NCBI RefSeq assembly: GCF_004010195.1
Contig: NC_057750.1
Coordinates: 1,572,417 to 1,602,398 of the forward strand
From: Chiloscyllium plagiosum
Taxonomy: Eukaryota
DNA: 29,982 nucleotides
Direction: 5' to 3'
Shown here piece by piece: positions 11,022-21,788 of this stretch (its first letter is position 1; each line of letters starts with the position of its first letter). The notes beneath the pieces were generated by a model. It was not told the DNA's origin, ran no database searches, and saw only the letters and a program-made list of their open reading frames with translations. The translations under genes and the position numbers were made by a program.

Positions 11022-11378
11022 ACCATAAGACCATAAGACATAGAAGCGGAAGTAAGGCCATTCGGCCCATCGAGTCCACTCCGCCATTCAATCATGGCTG
11101 ATGGGCATTTCAACTCCACTTACCCGCATTCTCCCCGTAGCCCTTAATTCCTTGTGACATCAAGAATTTATCAATTTCTGCCTTGAAGACATTTAGCGTC
11201 CCAGCCTCCACTGCACTCTGTGGCAATGAATTCCACAGGCCCACCACTCTCTGGCTGAAGAAATGTCTCTGCATTTCTGTTCTGAATTTACCCCCTCTAA
11301 TTCTAAGGCTGTGTCCACGGGTCCTAGTTTCCTCACCTAATGGAAACAATTTCCTAGCATCCACCCTCTCCAAGCCAT
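11022..11378 (-). mobile_element. Young CR1 LINE 3' end
   Basis: ORF 11110-11373 (RTRGHSLRIRGGKFRTEM...FFSQRVVGLWNSLP). Tail repeats read ACCATAAG on +. Confidence 0.92.
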
Positions 11379-11384
11379 GGAAAT

Positions 11385-11585
11385 CAGGTATCTGGAGTGG
11401 GAGGTGGACTCTCTGTCAGAGGTGAGAGTGTTGGCATAGCCAACCTCAAAGAGCACAAGACACCAGGTAATGAAGGGGCAGTGCTCTGAAAGCGTGTGAT
11501 TTTAAATAAACCTGTTGGACTATAACCTGGTGTCATGTGACTTCTGACTTTGTCCACCCCAGCCCAAAGCTGGCACCTCCACATC
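11385..11585 (+). mobile_element. Penelope-type terminal-repeat remnant (P3)
   Basis: Degenerate hammerhead GTAATGA-A-GGGGC-AGT-GCTCT-GAAAGC at 11467-11493, then AATAAA and the P3 tail. Confidence 0.65.
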
Positions 11586-11615
11586 TTAAACAACCTCAAC
11601 GTTTCTGAATCAGCT

Positions 11616-12116
11616 GGGGGACGTGATGGCCCAGTGGTACTATCACACTGCACTGTTCATCCAGAGACTAGGAAAAGGTGAGGACTCGAGATCAGAGTCA
11701 AGAGTGTGTTGCTGGAAAAACACAGCAGGTCAGACAGCATCCAAGGAGCAGGAGAGTTGACATTTCAGGCATCAGCCCCACAGTTTTTGACTGTTCATCC
11801 AGAAACTCAGAGAATGTTCTGGAGACCCGGGTTCAAAACCTGCCTCGGCAGGTGGTAGAATTTGAATTCAATAAAAATCTGGACTTAAGTGTCTAGTGAT
11901 GACCATGAATCCATTGTCGAATGTTATAAAAACCCATCTGGGTCACTAATATCCTTCCGGGAAGGAAACTGCCATCCTTACCTGACCTGGTCTACACGTG
12001 ACTCCAGTCCCACAGCAATGGGGTTGACACTTAACTGCCCTAAGGGCAATTAGGGATGGGGTAATAAATGCTGGCCTGGCCACTGACACCCTCATCTTGT
12101 GAATTAATTTTTAAAA
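11616..12116 (+). mobile_element. tRNA-derived SINE (family with GGGCAATTAGGGATGGG...AATAAATGCTGGCC tail), containing a nested insertion
   Basis: TGGCCCAGTGG A-box, GGTTCAAAACC B-box and a conserved body and tail. Three further copies lie on the minus strand. Confidence 0.85.
11670..11789 (-). mobile_element. Penelope-type terminal-repeat fragment (family P1) with 18-bp target-site duplication
   Basis: Homologous to 27442-27552. Flanked by ACTGTTCATCCAGAGACT (11652-11669) and ACTGTTCATCCAGAAACT (11790-11807). Confidence 0.75.
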
Positions 12117-12210
12117 GTCCTCCTCACTCCCTTACTCAGCAAGTCTACATACCCTCCTTTCTTGCTGTTTCTGTTCGATGTGTTTTATGGTGTCAGTCTC
12201 AGGGATGGTT

Positions 12211-12526
12211 TAAGATTAGATTAGAATACTTACAGTGAGAAAACAGGCCCTTCGGCCCAGCAAGTCCACACTGGCCCTCTGAAGAGCAACCCACCCAGAC
12301 CCATTCCCCTACATTTACCCCTTCACATAACACTATGGGCAATTTAGCATGGCCAATTCACCTAACCGGCACATCTTTGGACTGTGGGAGGAAACCGGAG
12401 CACCCAGAGGAAACCCACATAGACACTGGGAGACTGTGCAAACTCCACACAGACAGTTGCCTGAGGCGGGAATTGAGCCCAGGTCTCTGGCGCTGTGAGG
12501 CAGCAGTGCTAACCACTATGCCCACG
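12211..12526 (-). mobile_element. HE1-type SINE
   Basis: Full body plus a tail reading (TTAGA)n on +. Confidence 0.92.
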
Positions 12527-13197
12527 GTTTAATCCATGGGATAAGTGCATTTCTCAACAATTCATCATTTCTGCTCACCTCCCCTCCCCGGTCAGATGAT
12601 CAACATCTTGCAGCATCTGTACAAGACAGATACAGTGCTGTGAGACTGTTCAGGAAGGTGCTCAGGTGGTTTAAAGAATTACATCTGTTCAGGTTAAAAA
12701 TGATTATGCAAAAGCTTTGGAACAATGTGAGGTTGCACAGTAGGCCAGAGCCTGGTAAAAGTGGGCAGGGATAATATGTTGGTAGAACAGGAGGCATAAA
12801 TTGTCAGCTGTTGACAGGAGTTAGAACAAAGGTCTCCTGCTAATTACATATGTCTACTCAATACAGATGTAGGAATAATATTCTTGTACAATTTCTCAGT
12901 GGAATCTCTATTTTTATAGATTCATCATTTAGAGTTTAATTAAATAGATATTAATGTTCGTCCTTCAACAAGGACACATTGGTTTGAACTTAGTTGCTCG
13001 AACAGCCAAGATGTTTCTATTCTCCTTCACAGTCAGTGTGGTCACAGATTTCCGCCAACTCAACTGTATTTCGACTTAGCAGGGCTCAGAGTGAAATATT
13101 TCCACAGAGGCCGATATCCAGTCACCCTTTATTCCCATGTGACCAACCAGCTTGGAGTCAGTTCCAGAACTCAGGAGATTCTGAATCTCATGTTAAT

Positions 13198-13419
13198 TTT
13201 TTTTTTCTTTTCTTTCTTTTTCCTCTCTCTCCCGATGTGGGGCAGCTGGTCCAGGGACAGTCCCCTTCCAGGAGGAAAGTCCTTGCACGTACAAACACAC
13301 TCTCGCACTGCTCCAACTCTTAAGATAGGCAAACATCCAAGTGGCCAGTGACAAGCACTGCCGTTCACATCAAAGTGTGATGCTGTGTGAATCTCCTGGT
13401 TATTATTTTTTTTCTTTTT
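13198..13419 (-). mobile_element. Short A-tailed retroposed insert with 16-bp TSD
   Basis: TGAATCTCATGTTAAT occurs at 13182-13197 and 13420-13435, with a T-tract directly after the left copy. Confidence 0.75.
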
Positions 13420-13576
13420 TGAATCTCATGTTAATATTGGCCAGCCCAGGATCCCTGATTGGCCCAGGTTAGCAATTTCAATCAAGGATCTCACAGTCAA
13501 TATGATCCACCTGGTTCCACTCACTGCATCACGCTGATTGTTTTCAACCAAAGTGGAGATTGGGTTTTGGAAGATG

Positions 13577-13801
13577 ATGTGTGTGCGTGTGTGTGTCTGT
13601 CTGTCTGTCTGTCTGTGTGTCTGTGTCTGTGTCTGTCTGTCTGTCTGTGTGTGTGTCTGTCTGTCTATCTGACTGTCTGTGTGTCTGTCTCTGTGTGTGT
13701 GTGTGTTTATGTGTATGTGTGTCTGTCTCTGTGTGTGTGTGTGTGTTTATGTGTATGTGTGTCTGTCTCTGTGTGTGTGTGTGTTTATGTGTGTGTGTGT
13801 C
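13577..13801. repeat. Compound (TG)n/(TCTG)n microsatellite
   Basis: Directly visible. Confidence 0.97.
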
Positions 13802-14159
13802 TCACAGCCAGCATGCCTTGCACCTGTAAGAGACCAGTCATGGATCCATCACCTTCCCATGACATGTAACCTGATGGTATAACAATATCATCCCCATCCT
13901 ACTGAGACCACCTGCAGCATGACAAGCTGAGAGAAGGGCCTGCAGTTTGTAACCAAGTTATTCAGTGCCAACTTGTTTGGGTATACAGATAGCATAGGGA
14001 TGGGGGACACCAGTCCTTTAGGTACCCGCTGAGTGGCGAGTTGTTCAGAGAACGTGGGCATGGTGAGATGGGGTAGAAATGTATGGGTGGGATGCCGTGG
14101 GTGTGGATTCAGAGGTTAATACGGAGAGAGAAACCCTGCAGCAAAACGACCCCCCAAAT

Positions 14160-15310
14160 AAACTCAAAGCAAATGGCATTTAACCCAAACAACTCAAGAT
14201 TCAGGGACACAACTGCGTTGCACCAGCCCTCCCAAAGGAAATTCGGATATGTAATGGCACATCTCTAGAGTAGGTGGGACTTGAATGTGGACCGCCTGGA
14301 CCAAAGGAGCAGACAATATCACTGTGCCACAAGAACCACCAGGAAGCATTCAAATAGTTTTAAATCAATTAGTTTCTCATATTAGTGCACATTGGCAGTG
14401 CAGCGGGGTCATGTCATGACCATGTGTTAATTTTCTAACCAATCTGTGCAGAGGTGTTAGTATAAATCTCTCAAGCAGGTAGGATTTAAGCCTGGTTCAC
14501 CTGGCTCAGAGATAGGAACATTTGGGCGGCACGGTGGCACAGTGGTTAGCACTGCTGCCTCACAGCGCCAGAGACCCGGGTTCAATTCCCGCCTCAGGTG
14601 ACTGTCTGTGTGGAGTTTGCACATTCTCCCCGTGTCTGCGTGGGTTTCCTCTGGGTGCTCCGGTTTCCTCCCTCAGGCCAGGTGAATTGGCCATACTAAA
14701 TTGCCCATAGTGTTAGGTGAAAGAGTGAATGTATGGGTGGGTTGCGGGCTGGTGTGGACTTGTTGGGCTGGAGGGCCTGTTTCCATACTGTAAGTAATCT
14801 AATCTAGTTGCTACTGTGCCACACATGCCCCTTGCACATTTCTGTGGTGGGATTTGACTCATAACTTCTGAACACTAGACACAGTCTTTTGCTTTCTGGT
14901 GCGGTGATATGGCCAGTAAGATTGGATGTAAATGGACCTTCGCACATTTCCTAATCAATCTGCTCAGATGTTAGATAACAGACAACACATTTCTGGAGAA
15001 GGTGGGACTTGAGCCCAGGCCTCCTGGCTGTGATGCTAAGACTGTGCCACAAGTGCCCTTTTAAGTTACATCAAATATCTCTATTACATCACAAAAATAT
15101 CCAGTTCCCAAGCTTTGGGAGCAGGACTTAAACCAACATCTCTCTGAGCCAGATGTGGGAATGCCACCAAATGCTGAGTCAAGAGAACATACAGATTTTT
15201 GTAATCAGCCTCTTCAGAGTTGTTATGATGCACCACTGGAACAGAAAGGACTCAACCTCAGGACTCCGAGTTAAAAGGTAGGGATACCACCACTGCAATA
15301 CAGGAGTGTC
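14160..15310 (-). mobile_element. Cluster of about 6-7 diverged copies of a short tRNA-derived SINE
   Basis: Recurrent + strand motif GGTGGGACTTGA...CCTGG...ACTGTGCCACAAG (antisense of B-box GTTCAAGTCCC and A-box TGGCACAGTG) near 14272, 14478, 14847, 15001, 15120 and 15248. Confidence 0.65.
14524..14806 (+). mobile_element. HE1-type SINE nested in another SINE
   Basis: GGGCGGCACGGTGGCACAGTGGTTAGCAC head and TAATCTAATCTA tail. Confidence 0.93.
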
Positions 15311-15359
15311 AAATTTAAAAAAGTAACATTTATTTTTTTTTTAAATCAGTTTTGTCATA

Positions 15360-15696
15360 CGGTGGCTCAGTGGTTAGCACTGCTGCCTCACAGCACCACA
15401 TCCCGGTTTGATTCCAGCCTCAGGCAGTGGAGTTCACACATTCTCCCTGTGTCTGTGTGAGTTTCCTCCAGGTGCTCTGGTTCCCTTCCATAATCCAAAG
15501 ATGGACAGGTCAGGTGAATTGACCATCCTAAATTGCCCATAGTATTCAGGGGTGTGTAGGTTGGATGCATTACTGAGAGATTACTTAGAGTAATGGGAAT
15601 GGGTTTCGGTGGGATATTCTTCGGAGGATTGGTGTGGACTTGTTGGGCTGAAGGGCCTGTTTCCAAACTCTAGCAATTCTATGATTCTATGATTCT
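15360..15696 (+). mobile_element. HE1-type SINE
   Basis: GGTGGCTCAGTGGTTAGCAC head and (TTCTATGA)n tail. Confidence 0.9.
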
Positions 15697-16099
15697 GCCC
15701 CGGGCTTCAGCCTGCTTCCCCATTTAAAAGTAACATATGGTTTCTCCAGATTGAAAGCCAAAATCAACAGCCAATCTCCTCAGCCTCACTCTGAAAGGTG
15801 ACTGATCTCCTCTGCAAAAGTATTGTGAAAAGGTGGGGGAAGGGGAATTGGGTTGAAAACCTTTCCAAGTTCATAAAAGTCCCTTCATTCATGTTGAATT
15901 TTAATTTGATATTTCCGTCTCCAACACCAACCAACCTTTGGGCATTTTGAATTCCAATTTCTAAAGAGCTCAGAGCTGGAGAGTGGTGCTGGGATGGGGA
16001 GCGAGGAGTGAGGGAGAATTTGCAGACGATGGTGAGAGATGTGGAGGATGAGACTTGCTGGGAGACACTGGCAGAGATGGAGTGAGGGTGAGGGAGTGG

Positions 16100-16215
16100 T
16101 CACAGGGAAGATGGTGGCATTTAGACTGGCAAAGTGGAGATGCCCATTAACCTTCTTCCTAGAGTATTGGGCATCCCTCCTGAAGGCTGAGCCTGCTGGG
16201 GATTCGTCAGCTGAT
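16100..16215 (-). mobile_element. Possible PIF/Harbinger Myb/SANT-like gene remnant
   Basis: SAFRRDAQYSRKKVNGHL resembles the R(S/T/N)xxQCRKK(V/W)NDL helix of Harbinger Myb-like proteins. Confidence 0.4.
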
Positions 16216-16512
16216 GATTCCGACCAATCACTCCACACCAAAAATGTGTCCATCCTTGAGAGGATGAATAGTTTGTCACTGTTTGAACAGAGACTGCAGG
16301 AGAAGAGTATTGAGTGAATGTGAGGGGTCAGCAAAATGCTAGTGCCTCATGCAACATCCCTACCTTCAGTGACTTCGCGATGCTACCCAAACATGAGGTC
16401 CTCTGATGGAAGCTCAAAGTTTTTAACGAAGGAGCAATCCTCATGTTGGAAGGGCAAATGAAGCAGAGAGCCTTGTGCGATGGAAGAATTGGAGTTTCAG
16501 GTCTTAGACTTT

Positions 16513-16629
16513 AAACACCTTTGGATTGTGGGAGAAACCCACACAGGCAGTCGCCCAAGGCTGGAATGGAACCCAGGTCCCTGAGGCTGGTAGATAGCAG
16601 TGCTCCCAACTGAGCTATCATGCCATCCC
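16513..16629 (-). mobile_element. Internally deleted HE1-type SINE fragment
   Basis: CTTTGGATTGTGGGAGAAACCC...GTCGCCCAAGGCTGGAATGGAACCC...GCAGTGCT. Confidence 0.75.
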
Positions 16630-16867
16630 AATCTAAAGGTTGCCCTGGTAATGCTAAACAACTGTTCAATTGGAGCATTCAAAAGAGCAATGGATGATAA
16701 TTTGGATAGTAATGGTGAGCAGGAATATGGGGAAAGGGCAGAAGATTGGCTCTTGGATAGAACCAGTATAGAACTCTGCACTGTTGTTCTGTGTAATGTT
16801 GCAGAAACAATTTACACATTATTTTTGCAAACCACTCAACAAATGACCACTGACCAGATGCTCGCAG

Positions 16868-17215
16868 ATTTTTTTTTAGTCATTTCTAGGTGAGGGTGTC
16901 ACTGGCTAGGCCAGCATTTATTACCCCACCTCTAATTACCCAGGGGGCAGTTAAGAGTCAATCCCATTGCTGTGGGTCAGGAGTCACACGTAGGCCAGAC
17001 CAGGTAAGGATGGCACTTTCCTTCCCTGAAGGGCTTTAGTGACCCCGATGGCATTTTCCAACATTCAACAATGGACTCATGGTCATCAGGAAACTCTTCA
17101 TTCAAGATTTTTTAAACTTAAATTCTAATTTCACCATCTGCTGTGGCAGTGTTTGAATTGAACATCACTGGGTCTCTGGAGTAACATTCCAATGATAATA
17201 CCACTAGGCCATCCC
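16868..17215 (-). mobile_element. tRNA-derived SINE (same family as 11616-12116)
   Basis: GGCCAGCATTTATT...GGCAGTTAAGAGTCAA...GGTAAGGATGGCA is the antisense of that family's tail and body. Confidence 0.85.
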
Positions 17216-17253
17216 TTCCCCCTTCACTTCTCCCCCTCCCCCTCCCCTTCTCC

Positions 17254-17322
17254 NNNNNNNNNNNNNNNNNNNNNNNNNNNNNNNNNNNNNNNNNNNNNNN
17301 NNNNNNNNNNNNNNNNNNNNNN
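17254..17322. other. Assembly gap (69 N) flanked by C-rich low-complexity sequence
   Basis: Directly visible. Confidence 1.
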
Positions 17323-17404
17323 TCCTCCTCCCTCTCCCCCTCCCCCTCCCCATACAGACAGCTTTGAATTGCTTGTGTCTGCTGTGGTGGGTTCCAGCTG
17401 CCTC

Positions 17405-17725
17405 AACCTCAGCCTGAAAGGTAAGATGGAAGAGCTGAAAATGATGGGAGTAATCAAGAAAGTGACAACTCCTACAGACTGACTTGGCAAGATGGAGCAG
17501 TGTTAAAATCTGGAAAACTGAGCATGCACATAGATCCAAAGGATTTGAATAAAGCTTTGAGGAGACTCCATTATCCCGTGCCAACCATTAAAGAAGTTTT
17601 TCCACAATTTGCCAAGGCAAAGATCTTTGCTATCTTTGAAATTGGCAAGTGAATCGTGGATTGAAAGCAGCAGTTTTATAATTACATTCTGGATACCATC
17701 CACAAGGTACAGATGGTTGAAAATG
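17405..17725 (+). mobile_element. Ty3/Gypsy reverse transcriptase fragment (pseudogenised)
   Basis: Frameshifted translation LKGKMEELKMMGVIKKVTTPTD*...GKLSMHIDPKDLNKALRRLHYPVPTIKEVFPQFAKAKIF...TFWIPSTRYRWLKM matches Gypsy RT motifs (CIDPxDLN, HYPxPTI, TFxTPxGRYRWxRMPFG). Confidence 0.85.
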
Positions 17726-18427
17726 TGTGTTATTTACTAATGTATATATAGGATTTTGAAATAGTTGTTGCCTACTTTTGTGATGGGTTTTTAAAACAAA
17801 ACACAAGGTCAGAGAGTCCTTCAGAAACAGTGACCTAATCCACTATGTAGCTGCACAAAAGGTGGCTGTGAACCCCTGGTGTGTTCATGCAATAATCTAT
17901 TTATACCGCATAGTTTATGACAGGTAGAGTAAACAAGGAAGGCCATTAGTTCCTTTTCAATTCAGAATAATCTAATAATTTTAGCTTAGAAAATTCAGAG
18001 AATGAATGTTTTGGGGGGCCATTTGGAAGAGACCTAACTCAGGTCACTCAATCATTCAGATTTCTCTCCACAGATATGCCAGACCTGCTGAGCTTTTCCA
18101 GCAATTTCTGTTTTTGATTCGGGTCAGAAGCAAGTTTAATTTTCTCTCCTCAGAGAAGTATAGAACAGTTCAGGGCAAGTCTGATCCTCTCAGGAGAAAA
18201 CTTTAGCATGTAAAACATCCAAATGCAGAAAGTTTGGTTAGAAATCTGCAGGTTATTAGAACTGAGAAAGATTAAGCTCTCCAAGTTGTGGAAGAGTTCT
18301 TGTTAGCAGATTTGGAAAAGAATCAGTGAATGGCCTCCACAGCCCAGAGCCAAAGAAATTGTCAGGAATCAGTTAAACGGAAGCTTGGAGGGTCTGAAAT
18401 GGGTTTTACTTTTCCTGGACTTGAATT

Positions 18428-19015
18428 CATAGACTCATAGAGTCATACACCATGGAAACTGACCCTTCAGCCCAACCAGTCCATGCTGACCATAATCCCA
18501 AACTAAGCTAATCCCACCTGCCTGCTCCTGACCCATATCCCTCCAAACCTTTCCTATTCATGTACTTATCCAAATGTATTTTAAACCTTGTAACTGTCCC
18601 CACATCCACCACTTCCCCTGGAAGTTCATTCCACACAAAACCTACACTCTGTGTAATCTTTTTTTTTCCTCATGTCTTTTTTAAATCAGTCTCCTCTAAA
18701 CTTTCAAAATATACCCTATGTTTTGAATTCCCCCATCCTATGGAAAAGACACCTACCATTAACCCTATCCATACCTCTCATGATTTTATAAACTTCTATG
18801 AGGTAACATCTCAATCTTCTACGCTCCAGTGGAAAAGGTCCCAACCCATCCAACCTATCTTTATTACTCATCCCTCCATTCCCAGCAACATCCTGGTAAA
18901 TCCCCTCTGCGTCTTCATAATCTCCTTCCTATAACTCGGCGACCAGAACTGGACACAGTATTGCAGAACATTCTGTACAACCTCAACACGACATCTCAAC
19001 TTCTGCACTCAAAGG
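18428..19015 (-). mobile_element. CR1/HER1 LINE 3' fragment
   Basis: Homologous to 9420-9940 (CCCATATCCCTCCAAACC, tail CATAGACTCATAGAGTCATA). Confidence 0.88.
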
Positions 19016-19099
19016 TATGTAAATTGGGAAGCACATTGAAAACTTTGTTTTGTTGTGTATTTGAATGTTGTCCTAAGCTGTTTCATCTTTCTAAGTAGC

Positions 19100-19530
19100 T
19101 CTATGGGAAAACTTAACCGAATAATAGATACAGTGCATATTACTAATTAATTGCTCCAAAACAGTAACATCCCATAAACACACCCCTTGGCAAAAAAGGC
19201 AAGTTCAGACACGAATTTTCACATTCAGTTCTCCAGTCCAGGAGGAAAGAAACAATAACACAAGATTCAGGGAGATTAGCAGTGAGGAGACATCCACTGA
19301 AGCTTCCAACTCTGTTGAGACCTTGATATCTTTCGATGTTACTGAGAAACCAAACCCCAGAAAAACCTGATCAGTGACAGCTGACTACACCAATTCAGGC
19401 TGCATTAAAATAAACCCCAGGCCTGCTGAGTTGTTTACTCAAGTGGTTTTAAGTAGACAGCTCAGCACCTCATCTCTCTCCTAAAAGAAACCAGGACAAC
19501 ATAACCTCTTAAAGCTACATCATCATCATA
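19100..19530 (-). mobile_element. Possible LTR remnant
   Basis: End motif ACCAGGACAACATAACCTCTTAAAGCTACA recalled from shark LTR-type repeats. No TSD or paired LTR is visible. Confidence 0.35.
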
Positions 19531-19629
19531 CTACACTAGTCCCATCGCCCCACTCCAGACCTACAGGCTTGAATGTAATGACATTTCAAGTGCTCATCCT
19601 AGTATTTTTATAGAGGTGAGGCCAAAATA

Positions 19630-19810
19630 TTGGGTTTTAAAAAGGAGATGGATGCAGCACTTGTAGATATGAGATATAGGGGGAATGAGTGAGATTAGGG
19701 GATTGAGCTCAATGGTCAGCCATGACCTGAATGGCAGAATGGTCATTCCTATCAATTTTGATTCAATCTGAGGGGCTGAATGGCCTACTCCTACCTTCTA
19801 TATTTCTATG
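19630..19810 (+). mobile_element. CR1 3' UTR fragment
   Basis: TCAGCCATGACCTGAATGGCAG...GAGGGGCTGAATGGCCTACTCCT...TTCTATG. Confidence 0.7.
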
Positions 19811-19907
19811 TGACTAGTAACTGCAGCACCAGTGCTGAAGGATTACTGATAACATCACCACAGCAAGGACATCCCAATCTGCTTACATCTAGGTTCCTCA
19901 AGCAACT

Positions 19908-20170
19908 GGGGTGGCACGGTGGCTCAGTGGTTAGCACTGCTGCCTCACAGCGCCAGGGACCCAGGTTCGATTCCAGCCTTGGGTGACTGTCTGTGTGGAG
20001 TTTGCACATTCTCCCTGTGTCTCCATGGGTTTCCTCCCACAGTCCAAAGATGTGTAGGCTGGGATGGACTGGCCATTGGGAATGTGGGGTGGTGGGTCTG
20101 GGTCAGATGACCTTTACAGGGTTAATGTAGACTGAATGGCCTGCTTCCACCCTGTAGGGGTTGTATGAAT
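19908..20170 (+). mobile_element. HE1-type SINE (internally deleted)
   Basis: GGGGTGGCACGGTGGCTCAGTGGTTAGCAC head and GGTTCGATTCC B-box. Confidence 0.9.
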
Positions 20171-20334
20171 GATGGTGACCGGATATAATGTGGTCAGTTC
20201 CTGGAATTCAATATTGAAATGTTAAAGTGGGAATGTTGCTCAGTGAGCTTGCATTTTGCTCAGGTGGCTATACTCTGCTCAGTCCTTTCTCTCGATCTCT
20301 GTGTGGGTCTTAGAGCCAGCGTGTATGCTAATGC

Positions 20335-20600
20335 ACGCCTGAGTCATGTTCACTCTCCTGGTCCTGTTAGCTCTGTCCTCATTTCCCAGGTTCTGGGTCT
20401 CATCCCAACAATATCTTTATGCAAAATTCCCTTTCTTATGTTCGAATGTTTCCATGCCCCTCTCCCCATTCCTGTCATCACCTCCAGCCCCACAACCCTC
20501 CGAGATCTCTGTACTCTTCCATACCAGCTCCTTCCACATTCTCAGCAGATAACATTAATAACAATTCTCATCACCCCAGCTAAATCCCTCCTTCCAGGGC
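20335..20600 (+). mobile_element. Decayed L2 LINE ORF2 C-terminal fragment
   Basis: CTCCAGCCCCACAACCCTCCGAGATCTCTGTACTCTTCC translates to LQPHNPPRSLYSS, similar to the L2 motif LxPYxPxRxLRSS. Confidence 0.6.
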
Positions 20601-20626
20601 TCTCTTTCTTTCTCTACATCTTTGTT

Positions 20627-20706
20627 GCTCTCTCTGTCTCTCTCTGTCTCTCTCTGTCTCTCTCTTTCTCGCTCGCTCTCTCTCTCACTCACTCTCTCTC
20701 TCTCTC

Positions 20707-20738
<32 letters not shown>
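20627..20738. repeat. (CT)n microsatellite
   Basis: Directly visible. Confidence 0.97.
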
Positions 20739-20825
20739 ACACTCTTTCTCCATCCATTATTATCTTTCTGCATCTGGTTTAAGTTTCCCTCCAGCTCAAT
20801 ATAAGATACTGGGCTGGCCTTTGCG

Positions 20826-21135
20826 TTTTTTTTTAATTTGTTCATGGGTTGTGGGCAACACTGACAGTTATCAGTCATCCCTAACTACCCAGGGGGCAGT
20901 TAAGAGTCACATGTAGACCAGAGCAGGTAAAGATTCCATGAAGTGCATCAGTGATGCAGATGGGTTTTTACAACAATCAGTGACGGTTGCCATGGCCACC
21001 ATCACAATGAATTCCAGATGTTATGATATGAACGCAGTACCATCAGCTGCTCTGGTGGATTTATAACCTGTATGGCCCAGTTTTAGGCTAGACTTCAGGA
21101 TTATTACATCAACAGCATTACCCGTGCCATCTCCG
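20826..21135 (-). mobile_element. tRNA-derived SINE (same family as 11616-12116), decayed
   Basis: CATCCCTAACTACCCAGGGGGCAGTTAAGAGTCACATGTAGACCAG. Confidence 0.75.
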
Positions 21136-21443
21136 GTGAGGTTGGAGGAGATTGGGGGAGGTGCTTGAACACTATGGTTAAGGTTTAAAATGGGACAAGC
21201 AGCAGAAACATGGACAGATGTGAAGGACTGTCCAGGCAAACAGCTGTTTCTGGGTCTGAATCAGACTGAGACGTGCCGACCGTGTAAATCACTGAATGGC
21301 ACTGAGAGTGGAGTGTGATTAAAATGTGTGAAATTAGAGCTATTAATAAATCCTTGTGACAGTTCCACTTTCAAAAGAATACATTTGTGTTTGGTGCTTT
21401 TGGAAGCTGATGGTGCTGGTTCACAAGAAGCACAATAAGGAGA

Positions 21444-21591
21444 CATGATATGGAGATGCCGGTGTTGAACTGGGGTGTACAAAGTTAAAAGTCACATAAC
21501 ACCAGGTTATAGTCCAACAGCTAGTGCTCCGAAAGCTAGTGTGCTTCCAATTAAACCTGTTGGACTATAACCTGGTGTAGTGTGATTTTTA
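21444..21591. mobile_element. Fold-back Penelope-type mini-element (P3) with 12-bp TSD
   Basis: 37-bp inverted arms at 21484-21520 and 21557-21593. ACAATAAGGAGA at 21432-21443 and 21592-21603. Confidence 0.8.
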
Positions 21592-21788
21592 ACAATAAGG
21601 AGATGAACATTGCATCACTGACTCATTGCAAATCAGCCCACACCAAAATCTCAGGATACTGGCGTGTTTCATGGGAACAAGGGTACATATTCTGGGATGT
21701 CCCAAACCCTGATTCTCATTGGTCAGTGGCAGTCCTGCGGTGTGGATATTTAAAGGGGAGTGTAGGCCTCATCAATTAACCCCCTCCC

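Larger units (their letters stand above)
13092..13885 (-). mobile_element. Probable solo LTR (Gypsy-like), interrupted by a retroposed insert and a microsatellite
   Basis: Minus-strand order is GGCCAATCAGG (CCAAT), an AT-rich TATA-like motif, AATAAA (13128-13133) and the terminus ATTTCA (13092). The 5' TG end is ambiguous and no TSD was found. Confidence 0.5.

Noticed and set aside
13035..13200. Peptide VTLYSHVTNQLGVSS, superficially like a class I cytokine receptor FN3 strand
   Set aside because: It lies antisense to a probable LTR end, lacks the other family motifs, and is disrupted by a retroposed insert.
13459..13882. Cys/Val-rich ORFs, and the LS/RE-rich ORFs at 20219-20878
   Set aside because: Microsatellite translations.
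14524..14600. tRNA gene calls at SINE heads
   Set aside because: The A- and B-boxes continue into SINE bodies, with no acceptor-stem closure or terminator of a true tRNA.
17192..17584. ORFs spanning the N gap
   Set aside because: Frame across the gap is unknown. Only the Gypsy RT part is meaningful.
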